The notes beneath the pieces are model-generated. The model worked only from the letters and a program-made list of their open reading frames with translations, searched no databases and was not told where the DNA came from. DNA of 64,000 bases, from the IMG/VR virus record IMGVR_UViG_3300046653_000093, positions 124,001 through 188,000 of that record. One strand, given 5' to 3'. Both the position numbers and the translations under genes were made by a program. This document shows positions 52,023 to 63,722 of this stretch, piece by piece; position 1 is the stretch's first letter, and each line of letters opens with the position of its first letter.

Positions 52023-52496
52023 TTATTCGTCGTCAATATTTTTCTTGAAAATAGGATCTACGGCCAAAATCGGAGCACGATCTGCCGCATCCATATCTGC
52101 ATTTTCTGCGGCAAAATCTTCAGCAGACCCCTCATCCATATCCAAATCAGGAAACTCAACTTGTTCAATCTCTGGTGGTTTCCTAACAGTACGAGTTGAA
52201 CCCATATCCAAAACATGAGCCACTTCAATCTTCTTGGTAAATATCTGGGGCGCTACAGACCTAATCTTGATATGCTGTCCTTTCTTGTAAATTGAACCGC
52301 TTTGAATGCTATCATCAATCTGCTTTTTTGTGATATTATACATGGATAAGCCATTTTTCTTTTTAGCAAGCAAATTTAAGCTTTGCCCACGGCGAACTGT
52401 AATGGCTAGATCACTAATTGTAATATCTTGAAAACGATTTATATTCGTAACCCAAAGCTCTTCCGGCTTGGCTAGAGGATAAAACCTTTCCTGCAA
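52023..52496 (-). CDS. Hypothetical protein with an acidic C-terminus
   Basis: ORF 52023..52589 overlaps the csp gene; likely TTG start near 52496. Confidence 0.55.
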   Translation of the reverse strand: MQERFYPLAKPEELWVTNINRFQDITISDLAITVRRGQSLNLLAKKKNGLSMYNITKKQIDDSIQSGSIYKKGQHIKIRSVAPQIFTKKIEVAHVLDMGSTRTVRKPPEIEQVEFPDLDMDEGSAEDFAAENADMDAADRAPILAVDPIFKKNIDDE

Positions 52497-52506
52497 TCTC
52501 TGGCTA

Positions 52507-52785
52507 CTACTTTTCAACTTTATCCTCAGATACAATGGCACAATCGCAGACGGTTGTGCTGTCAGCTTCGCTGACAACAGATACTTCAATCGCCTTTGGT
52601 TGCTTTCGATTATTCAAACCAACAGAGAATATGACCTCTTGACCTTTCTTCAAAGTCTTGAAACCTTCGGTGATAATGTCAGACCAATGTATAAATAAAT
52701 CGGCTTCATCTACTCTGGAGATAAATCCGTAACCAAGCTTGGCATCAAACCAAACAACCTTTCCAACATACTTTTCTTCTTGCAT
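52507..52785 (-). CDS. csp: Cold-shock domain protein (CspA family)
   Basis: GKVVWFDAKLGYGFI (RNP1), DLFIHWSDI (RNP2), GFKTLKKGQEV; GAGGA RBS. Confidence 0.93.
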   Translation of the reverse strand: MQEEKYVGKVVWFDAKLGYGFISRVDEADLFIHWSDIITEGFKTLKKGQEVIFSVGLNNRKQPKAIEVSVVSEADSTTVCDCAIVSEDKVEK

Positions 52786-52829
52786 AATCTTCCTCTTAGC
52801 AGGTATAACCTGCGGCTTTCAGAATTATG

Positions 52830-53129
52830 CTAATATATTGCCTTCTTTTTGAGACCAATCTTAATTTCCAAAATCTCTCGCATTAGCAGACATGCAGCAA
52901 ATTCTGCCAAATCACTATAATGTTTCTCAAGAAAAGCCGTATCGTCCCATGCGAAATTGGTAAAGGGCAGAATAGAATTGAATCTAGAAAGTGCTTGATT
53001 GGCAAATTCCACCAATTGGTCTGTTGTATACACGTCATATTCACGATGACATGTATCTAGTCTCAATTTAATCAGCTTCAGAACAATATTGATATTGTTA
53101 ATGGCTACTTGACTATAATCATCAATCAT
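52830..53129 (-). CDS. Truncated head-tail-adaptor-like paralog
   Basis: NINIVLKLIKLRL...DVYTTDQLVEF...FNSILPFTNFAWDDT aligns with 303-aa NINNVVKSLRARL...DVFTVDELVAF...FNEIPHFTLFTWDDT; start likely MIDDY. Confidence 0.55.
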   Translation of the reverse strand: MIDDYSQVAINNINIVLKLIKLRLDTCHREYDVYTTDQLVEFANQALSRFNSILPFTNFAWDDTAFLEKHYSDLAEFAACLLMREILEIKIGLKKKAIY

Positions 53130-53130
53130 A

Positions 53131-53424
53131 TTAATCCACCCGAACCATTCCCTTATGTTGATCAATGGCTTCTTGATATCCGGTATCTGGTGGCAAAACA
53201 CCAACGCCATCAACTACCAAACCACCTACACAACCAATGGTCTTATGAATTTCTGCTATTCCCAGGGCAGCGATTTGATGACGCTCAAGATCAGACTTCG
53301 CTCCCTTAGCTGCATTCTGAAACTTCTCAAGAAGCTTCCTTACTTTATCTTCGCAGCCTTGCTGACGCGCCAACTGCAAAATGATTCTGATAGTCTCTCG
53401 CTCTGATTGAATTCTTCTTGTCAT
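53131..53424 (-). CDS. Hypothetical protein
   Basis: 97-aa ORF with ATGA overlap to the upstream gene. Confidence 0.6.
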   Translation of the reverse strand: MTRRIQSERETIRIILQLARQQGCEDKVRKLLEKFQNAAKGAKSDLERHQIAALGIAEIHKTIGCVGGLVVDGVGVLPPDTGYQEAIDQHKGMVRVD

Positions 53425-53750
53425 AAAAATACCTTCATTGATTCAGCTTTGGATTTGAAAGGAGGGTTGGCCAAACCAGGGATATTGCTTTTACCATTCT
53501 CTTCATATACCAATGTACGTTTATATGGCAATTTAGTAGATGGAAAAATTCCAATGATCTTGATCTGCGGAGGGGCTGCGTGAATTAGATTATGACAATT
53601 ACTACAGATGATTGCGATATTCATCTCGTGATTGCTAGTATCCGGGTCCGTCCGCTCTACAATATGATGCTTGTGAAGAACAGCTGTATTATTCTCTTCA
53701 CATATCTCACATACACTAGGAACCAGCCTTACTTTCTTACGCCTTCCCAT
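53421..53750 (-). CDS. Small HNH endonuclease
   Basis: CEIC...LHKHHI...NIAIICSNCHNLIH; start likely MGRRKK right after the IscS stop. Confidence 0.8.
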   Translation of the reverse strand: MGRRKKVRLVPSVCEICEENNTAVLHKHHIVERTDPDTSNHEMNIAIICSNCHNLIHAAPPQIKIIGIFPSTKLPYKRTLVYEENGKSNIPGLANPPFKSKAESMKVFL

Positions 53751-53751
53751 A

Positions 53752-54840
53752 TTATGTGAATATATCAGGCTTTGGACAATATTTAACGATGGCCTGAGCT
53801 GCAACTCTAGCCTCTCTATCTCCGTAATCTCCCCATTGGGAAATTCGAATATTGTCCTGAGAACTTCCACCATAACCAAGCGCCGTCATGATTGGATTCG
53901 TATTTGAGTGCAAAGATCCACAAGCAGAACCAAGGCCCACAAATATTCCTTCAGCTTCCAATTGAGCCATTACATGTGGACCCATCTTTTTCCCGATGTT
54001 CAAGAAAGTAGCATGTGGAACTCTAGTTGAATTCTCGCCAATTATTTCAATACCAATTGAACTTACTGCTGATTCAATTATAGAGCGAAATGTCAATGCC
54101 CTATGATATCTTGGCTGTAATGTCTTGATAGCTTCTTCTAATGCCACAGAAGCGGCTATAATCATTCCAGCATCAGGTGTTCCTGGCCGATCAAAGTAAT
54201 ATCTACTTCCAGTCCCAAATTCTCTCCACCATTTATTATCTCTTATATATAAGAAACCAACATTTACAGGACCACCAAATTTATGAGCCCCAAATGCAGC
54301 TATCATCAAATTTGGTATACTAGAAACATTAACTGGAATCTTACCAAGTGATTGGCTCATATCACAAAAGAATGGAACCTTAATGTTCTCTATATCTTGT
54401 ATTGTGCCAGTTTCATTCTGTACATGAATACATATAAAAGCAGACTTTTCAGGAGGTGTAAATGTACAAGCTACAATTCCGTCTTTATTTACAAATAAAT
54501 CATTGTTACCAAAGAGTTCTCTAGCTTTTATTGCCACTGATTTATGTTCGATTGTAGAACAGTATACATTCTTGAAATTCTGTTCGCGTAGAAGTTCCAG
54601 GCCCCATTCGCAGGCTTGAGTGCAGGACGAAGTAAATATGATTTGATTGGGATTTTCTGCGCCGATCAATTTGGCAATTTTGGTTCTAGCTGCCTCAATT
54701 TCAGAAGCTGCTTGCCGTCCTGGCATTGAAATTGACATAGCATGGCCATGTCCCCCAATGGACTTATTGAAGTTTATGTATGCTTCAAGAGCTTTTGGAT
54801 GAAGTGGAATATGAGCATTCGAGTCAAGAAATAATTGCAT
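53752..54840 (-). CDS. iscS: Cysteine desulfurase, IscS/NifS-like (PLP-dependent, class V)
   Basis: LDSNA, IIFTS, TIEHKSV, NETGTIQ, DMSQSLGK, AHKFGGP (PLP Lys), RPGTP, GSACGS (catalytic Cys). Confidence 0.88.
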   Translation of the reverse strand: MQLFLDSNAHIPLHPKALEAYINFNKSIGGHGHAMSISMPGRQAASEIEAARTKIAKLIGAENPNQIIFTSSCTQACEWGLELLREQNFKNVYCSTIEHKSVAIKARELFGNNDLFVNKDGIVACTFTPPEKSAFICIHVQNETGTIQDIENIKVPFFCDMSQSLGKIPVNVSSIPNLMIAAFGAHKFGGPVNVGFLYIRDNKWWREFGTGSRYYFDRPGTPDAGMIIAASVALEEAIKTLQPRYHRALTFRSIIESAVSSIGIEIIGENSTRVPHATFLNIGKKMGPHVMAQLEAEGIFVGLGSACGSLHSNTNPIMTALGYGGSSQDNIRISQWGDYGDREARVAAQAIVKYCPKPDIFT

Positions 54841-54860
54841 TAATAGTCTATATATCCCGA

Positions 54861-55373
54861 TTATACGGTGACTTCTTGAATCATTATGCTGGCATGTTCA
54901 TTAACGGTAGCAACTGGACGACATTGAGCTGTATTGGTTGCCGTTCTCCATTGAAGAAGAATGGTATGCGCTCCTGCAGCTAATCCTGTTTTCCTATATA
55001 CAATAGAAGCCACATTTGGTTGATTTGCTGCCGATGGACGAAGACCCGCTCCACGAACAGCAGCAGCATCAATATTAAGTTGTATATCCATATTTATATT
55101 AGGATTTGTATTACTAATACTTGCAGAAACTTCAATAAGTAAAACAGATCCTGCCGAAATAGTAATGGATTGAGTAAGTAACGTAACAAAAGCAGCTGAG
55201 CCTGTTGTTGTATTTGTGGCTTGTTCAGTAAATGTGCTTTGAAGTAATGTAGCTAATTGGATGGGAGTTTTAAATTCCCAACCGTCATTGGTAGCATTGC
55301 GTTTTAATATAGCATTAGCCACCCCTGCAGGTACGACCTCTGTATTAGTACAATAAAGAGCATGATCTGACAT
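54861..55373 (-). CDS. Small fiber/decoration-like virion protein
   Basis: N-terminal ILKRNATNDGWEFK shared with the 542-aa protein; beta-sandwich C-domain (GLAAGAHTILLQWR). Confidence 0.55.
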   Translation of the reverse strand: MSDHALYCTNTEVVPAGVANAILKRNATNDGWEFKTPIQLATLLQSTFTEQATNTTTGSAAFVTLLTQSITISAGSVLLIEVSASISNTNPNINMDIQLNIDAAAVRGAGLRPSAANQPNVASIVYRKTGLAAGAHTILLQWRTATNTAQCRPVATVNEHASIMIQEVTV

Positions 55374-55427
55374 AATTTACCTTGTAAAGTTTAATTTATT
55401 GCTGAAGATTAATTTTTCTCGACTATA

Positions 55428-57056
55428 TTATGGAGCAATAACTACACTTCCTTGGGCTCTCCAAGCAATCGTAGTACCTACCACACCGGTAACGTTGATA
55501 TTGACTGCCGTGCCAGTGATGGTGAATGTTGCATCTACTGTAAAACCAGTATCAGCCACAGTAGCTTCTACTTTAGTTGTTCCAACCTGAGTTACAGTTC
55601 CACCAGCTCTTCGGAAACCACCGAAAAGTTTGAATGATCCAGAAGCAGTACCATCTGATTTTCTAGCAGTAATCAAGACACTCAAAGTAACCGCATGCAA
55701 ATCTGAGGGGGTATAAGCAGTTATATCAAATGGAGTAGCATTCGTGGTTGTGGTAGTTACATTAAATGTATCTCCGGCGATATTATCCAACTTGGCTTTA
55801 TCGGTAGAGATCATGAATCCATTAACACTCTGCGTAACCGCTGCGTGAATGGTTCCACCACCTCTGGTGCCGTGTTGAGCATCAGTAGCTAGAATGCCAA
55901 CCTGAATGTCATCTGGATTGATGATAATAGATCCATCGGCATTAGCCACGGCATTGAGGGTGATATTACCACTTAGGGTACCACCACCAGTGAGACCTGA
56001 CCCGGCTCCAACTGTTGTAGTTGTTGGTACGGCACTAGCTGGCAAACCTGAAAGCTTTGTGAACTCAGCTGATGACATAAATCCGTTATTGGATCCATCG
56101 GCTAGATTGTGAGCCAAACCACCTTGGCTTCCAGCCGGTTGTTGCCCATGGCTATGAACATGAGCTGCGTCTGAGAATCTTCCTGTTGTCCCTGCCGCAT
56201 CAGTAGTTCCTACATCTTGAACATCAGAAAGCAAACCAGGAACAACACCACTAGCTGCCGCCGTTGATGAAACTTTCCCCAAACCAAAAGCTATTGGAAC
56301 TGTAGCTAAAGTACCTACAATTGCTACATATAATGAAACATTTGTTAGAGATGTTGTTGGAGTAAACGAAACAGGAAATCCATCTGATGTTCTTCTGTAA
56401 TAGAACCACAATCTCCATTTTAGATTAGCTCCAAGATCAGATCTATAGCTAAGAACTCCATAAACTTCCTGAGCATCCTGTCCAACAGGTATCGGACTAA
56501 GTACATCTGAGACCTGAGCTAAAGTACCATCAGATGTAGCAACTTGAACTGTAACACCATGCTGACCTGGAAAATCAGTTGGATTGTAAGGTTGGGTTAT
56601 GGCTGGAGTAGATCCAAGTCCACCTTGTCCAGTTCCGGTTCCTGTTTCAGCTGCAGCACTAGCAAAAGAAGGCGCAACGACCCCAAGAATACCTGAACCA
56701 GCAATTGATCCGCCCGGAGATTGACCAACAAATAGAGCGTCTGCAAGTGATAGTGGTTCACTAGTTCCAGTGGTTTGAGTTTCAGTGATTAGTGTGTAAG
56801 CCGCACGAAGTACCGAACTAACACCAACACTATCGGCATAAGAAGTAGTGGCCGCATCAGATGATCCTGGGCTTGGCGAAGCAACATTAACAATCTTCTG
56901 GCCATTAATATCAATGCTTGAAGCAGCATCATTAAGAATGGTTTCTGGAGACTTCTGTTCCCAGCCATCATTGGTAGTATTGCGCCTTAAAATTCCACGT
57001 CCGACATTGACTGGAAATTCCTCTTTACCTGGACCATATTGTGCAAAACTAGACAT
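55428..57056 (-). CDS. Fiber-like virion protein
   Basis: KIVNVASP...DAAT..Y and GFMS..(E/D)..KL fiber repeats; AGSGLTGGG; AAGGAG RBS. Confidence 0.65.
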   Translation of the reverse strand: MSSFAQYGPGKEEFPVNVGRGILRRNTTNDGWEQKSPETILNDAASSIDINGQKIVNVASPSPGSSDAATTSYADSVGVSSVLRAAYTLITETQTTGTSEPLSLADALFVGQSPGGSIAGSGILGVVAPSFASAAAETGTGTGQGGLGSTPAITQPYNPTDFPGQHGVTVQVATSDGTLAQVSDVLSPIPVGQDAQEVYGVLSYRSDLGANLKWRLWFYYRRTSDGFPVSFTPTTSLTNVSLYVAIVGTLATVPIAFGLGKVSSTAAASGVVPGLLSDVQDVGTTDAAGTTGRFSDAAHVHSHGQQPAGSQGGLAHNLADGSNNGFMSSAEFTKLSGLPASAVPTTTTVGAGSGLTGGGTLSGNITLNAVANADGSIIINPDDIQVGILATDAQHGTRGGGTIHAAVTQSVNGFMISTDKAKLDNIAGDTFNVTTTTTNATPFDITAYTPSDLHAVTLSVLITARKSDGTASGSFKLFGGFRRAGGTVTQVGTTKVEATVADTGFTVDATFTITGTAVNINVTGVVGTTIAWRAQGSVVIAP

Positions 57057-57067
57057 TTGATACTCCT

Positions 57068-57622
57068 TTAAGAAACAACTTCCACATGTGCGTGCCAGTC
57101 AATAGTACCAGATAAGCCTGTAACTATGATAACTATATTGGGCCCACTTACCGAATCGGAAACAGATAAATTTGGATCTTCTATATAATCAGGACTTGGC
57201 ACTAAATCTTGCAATATTGCAGGAGATCCTGCTCCAATACGTTTGGCAGTAAACTCCCTAACAAACTTACCAATAACAACGCCAGAGCTGCGTATTGCAA
57301 TAATAGTTGCCCGAACCGATATAGATCCACCAATAGAAATCGTATGACTATAGAGTGTTGTTGGTACTGAATTGGTTGTTGTAATAGATACAAAATCTTC
57401 ATCTGGTGATGATAAAAATTGAGTATCATCACCCCATTGAACGCTATCTTGACCGTCTATGACATGGAGACCATCAGCTGTTCCAAAAGTACCAGAAGGA
57501 GCCGCTGTGTATCTACCATATCCGTCAATCCAAGCTATAAAACCTGCTTGAACAGCCGTTTGCAAAGCTAATAAATCAAGATTAGCCAAATGAAAGCTTT
57601 GCTTAATATATAGTTCTGTCAT
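57068..57622 (-). CDS. Small virion protein, paralog of the 542-aa C-terminal domain
   Basis: TTTNSVP...VTGLSGTIDWHA versus TTTNATP...VTGVVGTTIAWRA; start likely MTELYIK. Confidence 0.55.
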   Translation of the reverse strand: MTELYIKQSFHLANLDLLALQTAVQAGFIAWIDGYGRYTAAPSGTFGTADGLHVIDGQDSVQWGDDTQFLSSPDEDFVSITTTNSVPTTLYSHTISIGGSISVRATIIAIRSSGVVIGKFVREFTAKRIGAGSPAILQDLVPSPDYIEDPNLSVSDSVSGPNIVIIVTGLSGTIDWHAHVEVVS

Positions 57623-57660
57623 ATCTACAACATGCATAAATATTAGGTATACAATTATAA

Positions 57661-59019
<1,359 letters not shown>

Positions 59020-59388
59020 TTACGTTCCTATATGCCAAATATGAACGTCTACAGTACCAATACCAGCAAAATATATCTCATTCTCTCCTCTTGGTCCAAA
59101 GTCAAGAGTTTGCCCAGAGCTAATACGCCCATGGATATTGTAACCAGAGAAAGAATATATTACGTCTGTTCCGCTAACACCAACCAACATTATTCTACGA
59201 GCCCCGCGAAAAGCTGTACGAACTTGAGGTGTTATTGGGAAAAGCGGATAGTAACCGTCATAGCCATCATAAGGTGTTCCTATCGGCGCAACATATCCAT
59301 CACCCCATGTACCACTTGTTACAGATGTGTTTGTACTTACGACCTTAAAAAAATTGTAATCCTTTCCTGTATTAACTGGCTTGCCCAT
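59020..59388 (-). CDS. Small beta-rich virion protein with a DGY-rich loop
   Basis: GAGGT RBS before MGKPVN; WGDGYVAPIGTPYDGYDGYY. Confidence 0.55.
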   Translation of the reverse strand: MGKPVNTGKDYNFFKVVSTNTSVTSGTWGDGYVAPIGTPYDGYDGYYPLFPITPQVRTAFRGARRIMLVGVSGTDVIYSFSGYNIHGRISSGQTLDFGPRGENEIYFAGIGTVDVHIWHIGT

Positions 59389-59470
59389 TATAACCTCAAA
59401 TACATACAAAAATATACCATTGAGCCTTCTAAAACTTAAATATCAAGCTAGAACATCCATATCTATTATA

Positions 59471-60253
59471 TCATGGCAAGCTCTGCCAAATTATATAGAC
59501 AGTTACAGCTCCAGTTGTCGGAGAATTAGTTTCTGTTACATTTGCGAATATCGCCTGAGATGCTGGGTATATCGCTTCAAATCCAGTTGACTGAGACATA
59601 TCACTGCCTAATGATGTTAGCGCAAATCCGCCAACAATAGATCCTACCGCTACAGATGGTATTATTGTTTGAGAAACAACTATTTGCTGCCCACCAGAAG
59701 TGGAGCCTATACTAATCGCTGAGCTAGGACTACCGCCACCAGTAATTGCTGTCTTCACTCTCAAATCAATTGATATCAATTTCCATCGACCGGAACCAGA
59801 TGGACTAGAAGTCCTAGTATCAATAAGAGTATTGGCAGTAGTTGTAAGATCAATATCAAAAGAAACAGCTATATATGGAGATGGAGCCGCTTGACCAAGA
59901 CGAGTATCTATTCTTGCAATATGTTCGCCAATATATCCGTCTATCGGAGGTGCATAGTTAACTGGTAAATATGATAGCTCTATAAAGTATCCATCAACAG
60001 GATCACTTCCACCAGCCTCATGGGTGCTTGCGTGTGTTGCTGGTGTTCTTGAATTTACATAACCTATCGTCGCATAACCATCGATAGCTAAAAGAATTTC
60101 ATTATCCACAGCCTCTACCATTTCCAGGGCGGCTGAATACCCATCCAATACAGCTCCTAGGCCATCAAGTTTAACCTTATCTGCGGCTGACATTTCTCCA
60201 TTAGCTAATTGAGAAGAAAGAAGACTTGGATCTTTGTAATTTATTGTACCCAT
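59471..60253 (-). CDS. Fiber/decoration-like virion protein
   Basis: GAGGGG RBS before MGTINY; GEMSAADKVKLDG repeat; HASTH..GGSDP module shared with the collagen protein. Confidence 0.6.
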   Translation of the reverse strand: MGTINYKDPSLLSSQLANGEMSAADKVKLDGLGAVLDGYSAALEMVEAVDNEILLAIDGYATIGYVNSRTPATHASTHEAGGSDPVDGYFIELSYLPVNYAPPIDGYIGEHIARIDTRLGQAAPSPYIAVSFDIDLTTTANTLIDTRTSSPSGSGRWKLISIDLRVKTAITGGGSPSSAISIGSTSGGQQIVVSQTIIPSVAVGSIVGGFALTSLGSDMSQSTGFEAIYPASQAIFANVTETNSPTTGAVTVYIIWQSLP

Positions 60254-60324
60254 AAAACCCCTCGCACATGCTGGCGTAGCCGCTGGTTTATCAACAACAT
60301 ACAAAAATATCCGTTGCGCTTCAT

Positions 60325-62492
60325 TTATTGAGCATAGATGCTGTATACATCATTATTTCCTGATTCAGCCACAAGCGATACAGCATTGAGTCCAGTAAGT
60401 GATAGGTTTGAAATTACGAAGGAAGCTCCATTGCCTGTATATGACAAGGTGTTATCAGCTGTAGCCATCCAGATTGTGGCTACATTTGTGGCCATATCTG
60501 GTGCAAGCATGACACAATCTACAGAACCATCAGCATTAACCGTTGCATAGCCTGAAGCCCCACCAACAACTGTACCTAAGGCACCGGTGATCAGGTTGAA
60601 GTTGGCAAATCCAGAGCCTCCACCTACTGCTAAAGCCACCCAATTTCTACCGGTTGGCTTGATACGCACTCGGAAGACAACTGGTCCTCTCACATAACCT
60701 GGTATTGTACCAACCACAGTAGATATATCATGACCGCCAGTGCTATTATCCTCTACCAGTGTTGTGTTGTTCCAAGAAGCGACTCCTGCATCAATAAGGA
60801 ATGAAAGAGTGCCTGTCACAGCCATTGTGCTTGCTACAAGCGAATAGCTTGGTATTCCATGAGCCGAGCCACCAGGAGCCGTTCTCGCCAAAGATACAGA
60901 GCTATTAGGGGTAGTCCAAGGCGCTGGAAAGAATACTGGCGTTGTTCCGTTTAGCGTGACCGAACCACTATTAGTGTAGCGGAACTGTGTTCCCGCCGGA
61001 TTTGGTGGCGTTACTAAATTAACTTTACCGTATGTAACAATATTTCCTGAACCTATAGAGTTAATATTTTCAGGCACAGCTAACTGTCCTCTAACGTTTC
61101 TGATGTCTAAACTGTGGCCCGACACTCCAGTAGTAACCAAGGTAGTTGAACTATCCACAATTAATGCATCGACAATATTATCTTTGCTGATACAAGCATC
61201 ACCATAGATGATACCTGCTGAGATTCCGGACACAAGCAACTTCCCAAAGTGGTTTCTGTTGCACCCAAGAGTTCCATTTGCACCCAAGACTACGAGCGCT
61301 GTAACTAGACCTGGAGTTTGTGCACTCGCATTCAAGTCTGAGATATCATTATCACAGAAATCAGAGCCAGTCCAAAACACGCCTGCAGTACCAATTACAT
61401 TGACAGCCTTGAGTCCGCGAATCGTATTTCGATGGCACCCACACTCATCTGCTGGGATATCAATATTGATCGAAGTTGCGATAAATGGTCCACAGCAGTT
61501 CTCACCAGTGGCCCCATCAATAGTTGAATCCCAAGTAGTATTTAACCATACCGTGTATCCAATATTCTCACTCTTGACATTGCGAACAACAGCACCACGT
61601 TGCCCTTCGATAGCAAACCCAGAACGATTCGAATCAGTGCCATCCAACCCTATCGTAATAACATTATCAACCAAGTTATCTCTACCACTAATATCAAAGC
61701 CAACTAGTGAGGTACTGGATGTTCCTGCTGTTTGCTGGATAATTCCAGGACCAATTACTGAGCATCTCCAAACAGAGATCAACTCAATGAATCGATTGTC
61801 CGCATAGGAACCATCAAAAGCACATAAAATTTTGGCATTATTCAACTTTACATTGAAATTGATTACTGGTGAATATTTATAAATGTTACTTGCAGGTATG
61901 GAGAACAATACAGGGGCATCCAAATTGACAGTTGTGCCAACAACCGATATTGCCTGAAACGAGACCCGTGCACCTTTGTTCGTACTGATCCAAAAATAAT
62001 CTCCAGCTACCAATGGTGTACCAGACCATGTAACTGTGAGACTATTAACTCTAGCCGCAGTAGCTCCAATAGATCCTATTGTGGCGGGAGTTCCTGGGTT
62101 GGCTACAATCGGGCAAGTTCCAAGACCAAAAGTAGTAGTTGTAATTATCGTATTTCCATTAAGATCTAGCGTAATATTAGAACGATATTTCCATTAAGAT
62201 CTAGCGTAATATTAGAACGAGCAGCGATAATGGTGTGATTACAAATATAAGGAAGTGTAGATTTTCTCAACTTTACGGTAGATCCATAAGGTGCCGCTTG
62301 TACAATTGTATTGATTGCAGACCAGTCATCTGTTGTCGAACCATCAATTGGAGGCCCAGCCCAAACGATTACGGAATCATTTCTAGAAACATAACCATCT
62401 GATATGTTATTAAGCTTGATGCTATCTTCCGCTTGAAAGAAACCAAAAGATTCTTCCTTCACATGTCCCGGGAATTTCTGGAATTTAGACAA
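60325..62492 (-). pseudogene. Beta-helix tailspike/fiber gene split by a 35-bp duplication (ORFs 62166..62492 and 60325..62013)
   Basis: DGSTTDDWSAIN...STVKL...Y...I...SNITLDLNG is a pectate-lyase-3-like N-terminus. Removing one repeat copy fuses the two ORFs into a 710-aa frame (...LDLNGNTIITTTTFGLG...GTPLVAGDY...). Confidence 0.8.
62151..62220. repeat. Exact 35-bp tandem duplication causing a frameshift
   Basis: tatttccattaagatctagcgtaatattagaacga x2. Confidence 0.95.
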
Positions 62493-62537
62493 GTTAACCT
62501 CAAATATTTAGCTCCATATATTTACTTACAACAATGA

Positions 62538-62551
62538 TATGCAAAAATATT
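62538..62551 (-). promoter_or_regulatory. Representative copy of intergenic motif NATA-N5-GYATN (candidate phage promoter)
   Basis: AATATTTTTGCATA here; about 15 copies at gene junctions across the window (listed in findings). Confidence 0.55.
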
Positions 62552-62559
62552 CGTTGCAT

Positions 62560-62589
62560 AAACAAAAAGCCCCGGTTTGCACCGAGGCT
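62560..62589 (-). terminator. Rho-independent terminator after the major capsid gene
   Basis: - strand AGCCUCGGU-GCAA-ACCGGGGCU followed by UUUUGUUU. Confidence 0.85.
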
Positions 62590-62621
62590 CTCTGTATTCA
62601 TTTTGAACTAACTAGCTAGCA

Positions 62622-63623
62622 TTATCCGACGATTGTTGACTTGCGAGAAGCAGCAACGGCGCGTGGGTTCACGATACCGATACCAATCTCTTCCGACACA
62701 ACCCATCCTAGTTTTAACTGTTTTGGTTCATCAGCTGGGATAACTTCGATGTCCTGACGGATTGGAAGCACACCAACGAACTCTGGGTCAGAGGCACCGT
62801 AGACTGTTCCTGGTGGAACGATCTTCGAAACCATAATGTCAGCGCCCCAGATGTGAGCATACAGACCTGTCTGAAGAATCTCACGCTGCGTAACTGGATC
62901 AATTTCACCAGCCGAGGTTCCGGAAGATGCCCAGTTAAGGATGTCCGTAAACTCATTGATGTTCATGAAGTACTTCGTTGTTACAAGGTCCCAACGATCA
63001 ATCTGAACCTTGATCTCAACCAAGTCTCTCTTCAACAGACCGCTGTCTGTGATGTCCTGCAACGTGTTTTCAACACTCGATGCTGCGTCGATAGCCGCAA
63101 AGATGTTTGCATCTTCTTGAGCCATCAATTCTTGACGGGCCTTTTGAACGGCACGGTCAATAACGTTGAATCGACGACGACGAACCTCAGAGATACGAAC
63201 TGTTGGGTTCGAATAAAGCTCGAACGTTGGCACAACGATACGATCACCGAACACACGAGACTCACCACCGGTACCATTGCTGGAAATGACGGTAGCTGCT
63301 ACGTCAATATCACGCTCATACTTCGGGTCAACGCCTTGTGGAAGAGGATCAACCACCAACAGACGACGGGCAATTCCCTGATAATCCAAGTTACGACGAA
63401 TTGGGTTCGCCATAGCCTGAGCAAGAGCAAGCTTTCCTTCCTGTGTCATAATCGCACGAGCAATAAGCTCATCGCGCTTTTCGTCATTCAAACCTGGTTG
63501 GCCCGAAAGAGCCATATTTGAAGGCTGGCCCTCTTCGAGGATCGCAGCGTACTTAACTAGCGTATTCAATGCATCCTTTACGGATGTGGCATTCATACCA
63601 CCACGGGTATCAAATAAAGACAT
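62622..63623 (-). CDS. Major capsid protein (HK97-like fold)
   Basis: PIRRNLDYQGIARRLLVVDPLPQG, ELMAQEDANIF, GWVVSEEIGIGIVNPRAV; AGGAG RBS before MSLFDT (63623); strong downstream terminator. Confidence 0.88.
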   Translation of the reverse strand: MSLFDTRGGMNATSVKDALNTLVKYAAILEEGQPSNMALSGQPGLNDEKRDELIARAIMTQEGKLALAQAMANPIRRNLDYQGIARRLLVVDPLPQGVDPKYERDIDVAATVISSNGTGGESRVFGDRIVVPTFELYSNPTVRISEVRRRRFNVIDRAVQKARQELMAQEDANIFAAIDAASSVENTLQDITDSGLLKRDLVEIKVQIDRWDLVTTKYFMNINEFTDILNWASSGTSAGEIDPVTQREILQTGLYAHIWGADIMVSKIVPPGTVYGASDPEFVGVLPIRQDIEVIPADEPKQLKLGWVVSEEIGIGIVNPRAVAASRKSTIVG

Positions 63624-63681
63624 ATATAATCTCCTAATGTTTGTTTGTAAGCTGCCAAAATCCATCAACAGCTAGCGGAAG

Positions 63682-63703
63682 AGGAGGGGAATTCCACCCC
63701 TCC
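63682..63703 (-). promoter_or_regulatory. GC-rich hairpin in the leader of the capsid gene
   Basis: GGAGGGG-tggaatt-CCCCTCC inverted repeat without a U-tract. Confidence 0.4.
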
Positions 63704-63722
63704 AAATCCATATATCGATCAA

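Noticed and set aside
63624-63668. Upstream in-frame start for the capsid gene (MMDFGS...)
   Set aside because: The strong AGGAG RBS sits before the ATG at 63623, so the extension is probably untranslated leader.
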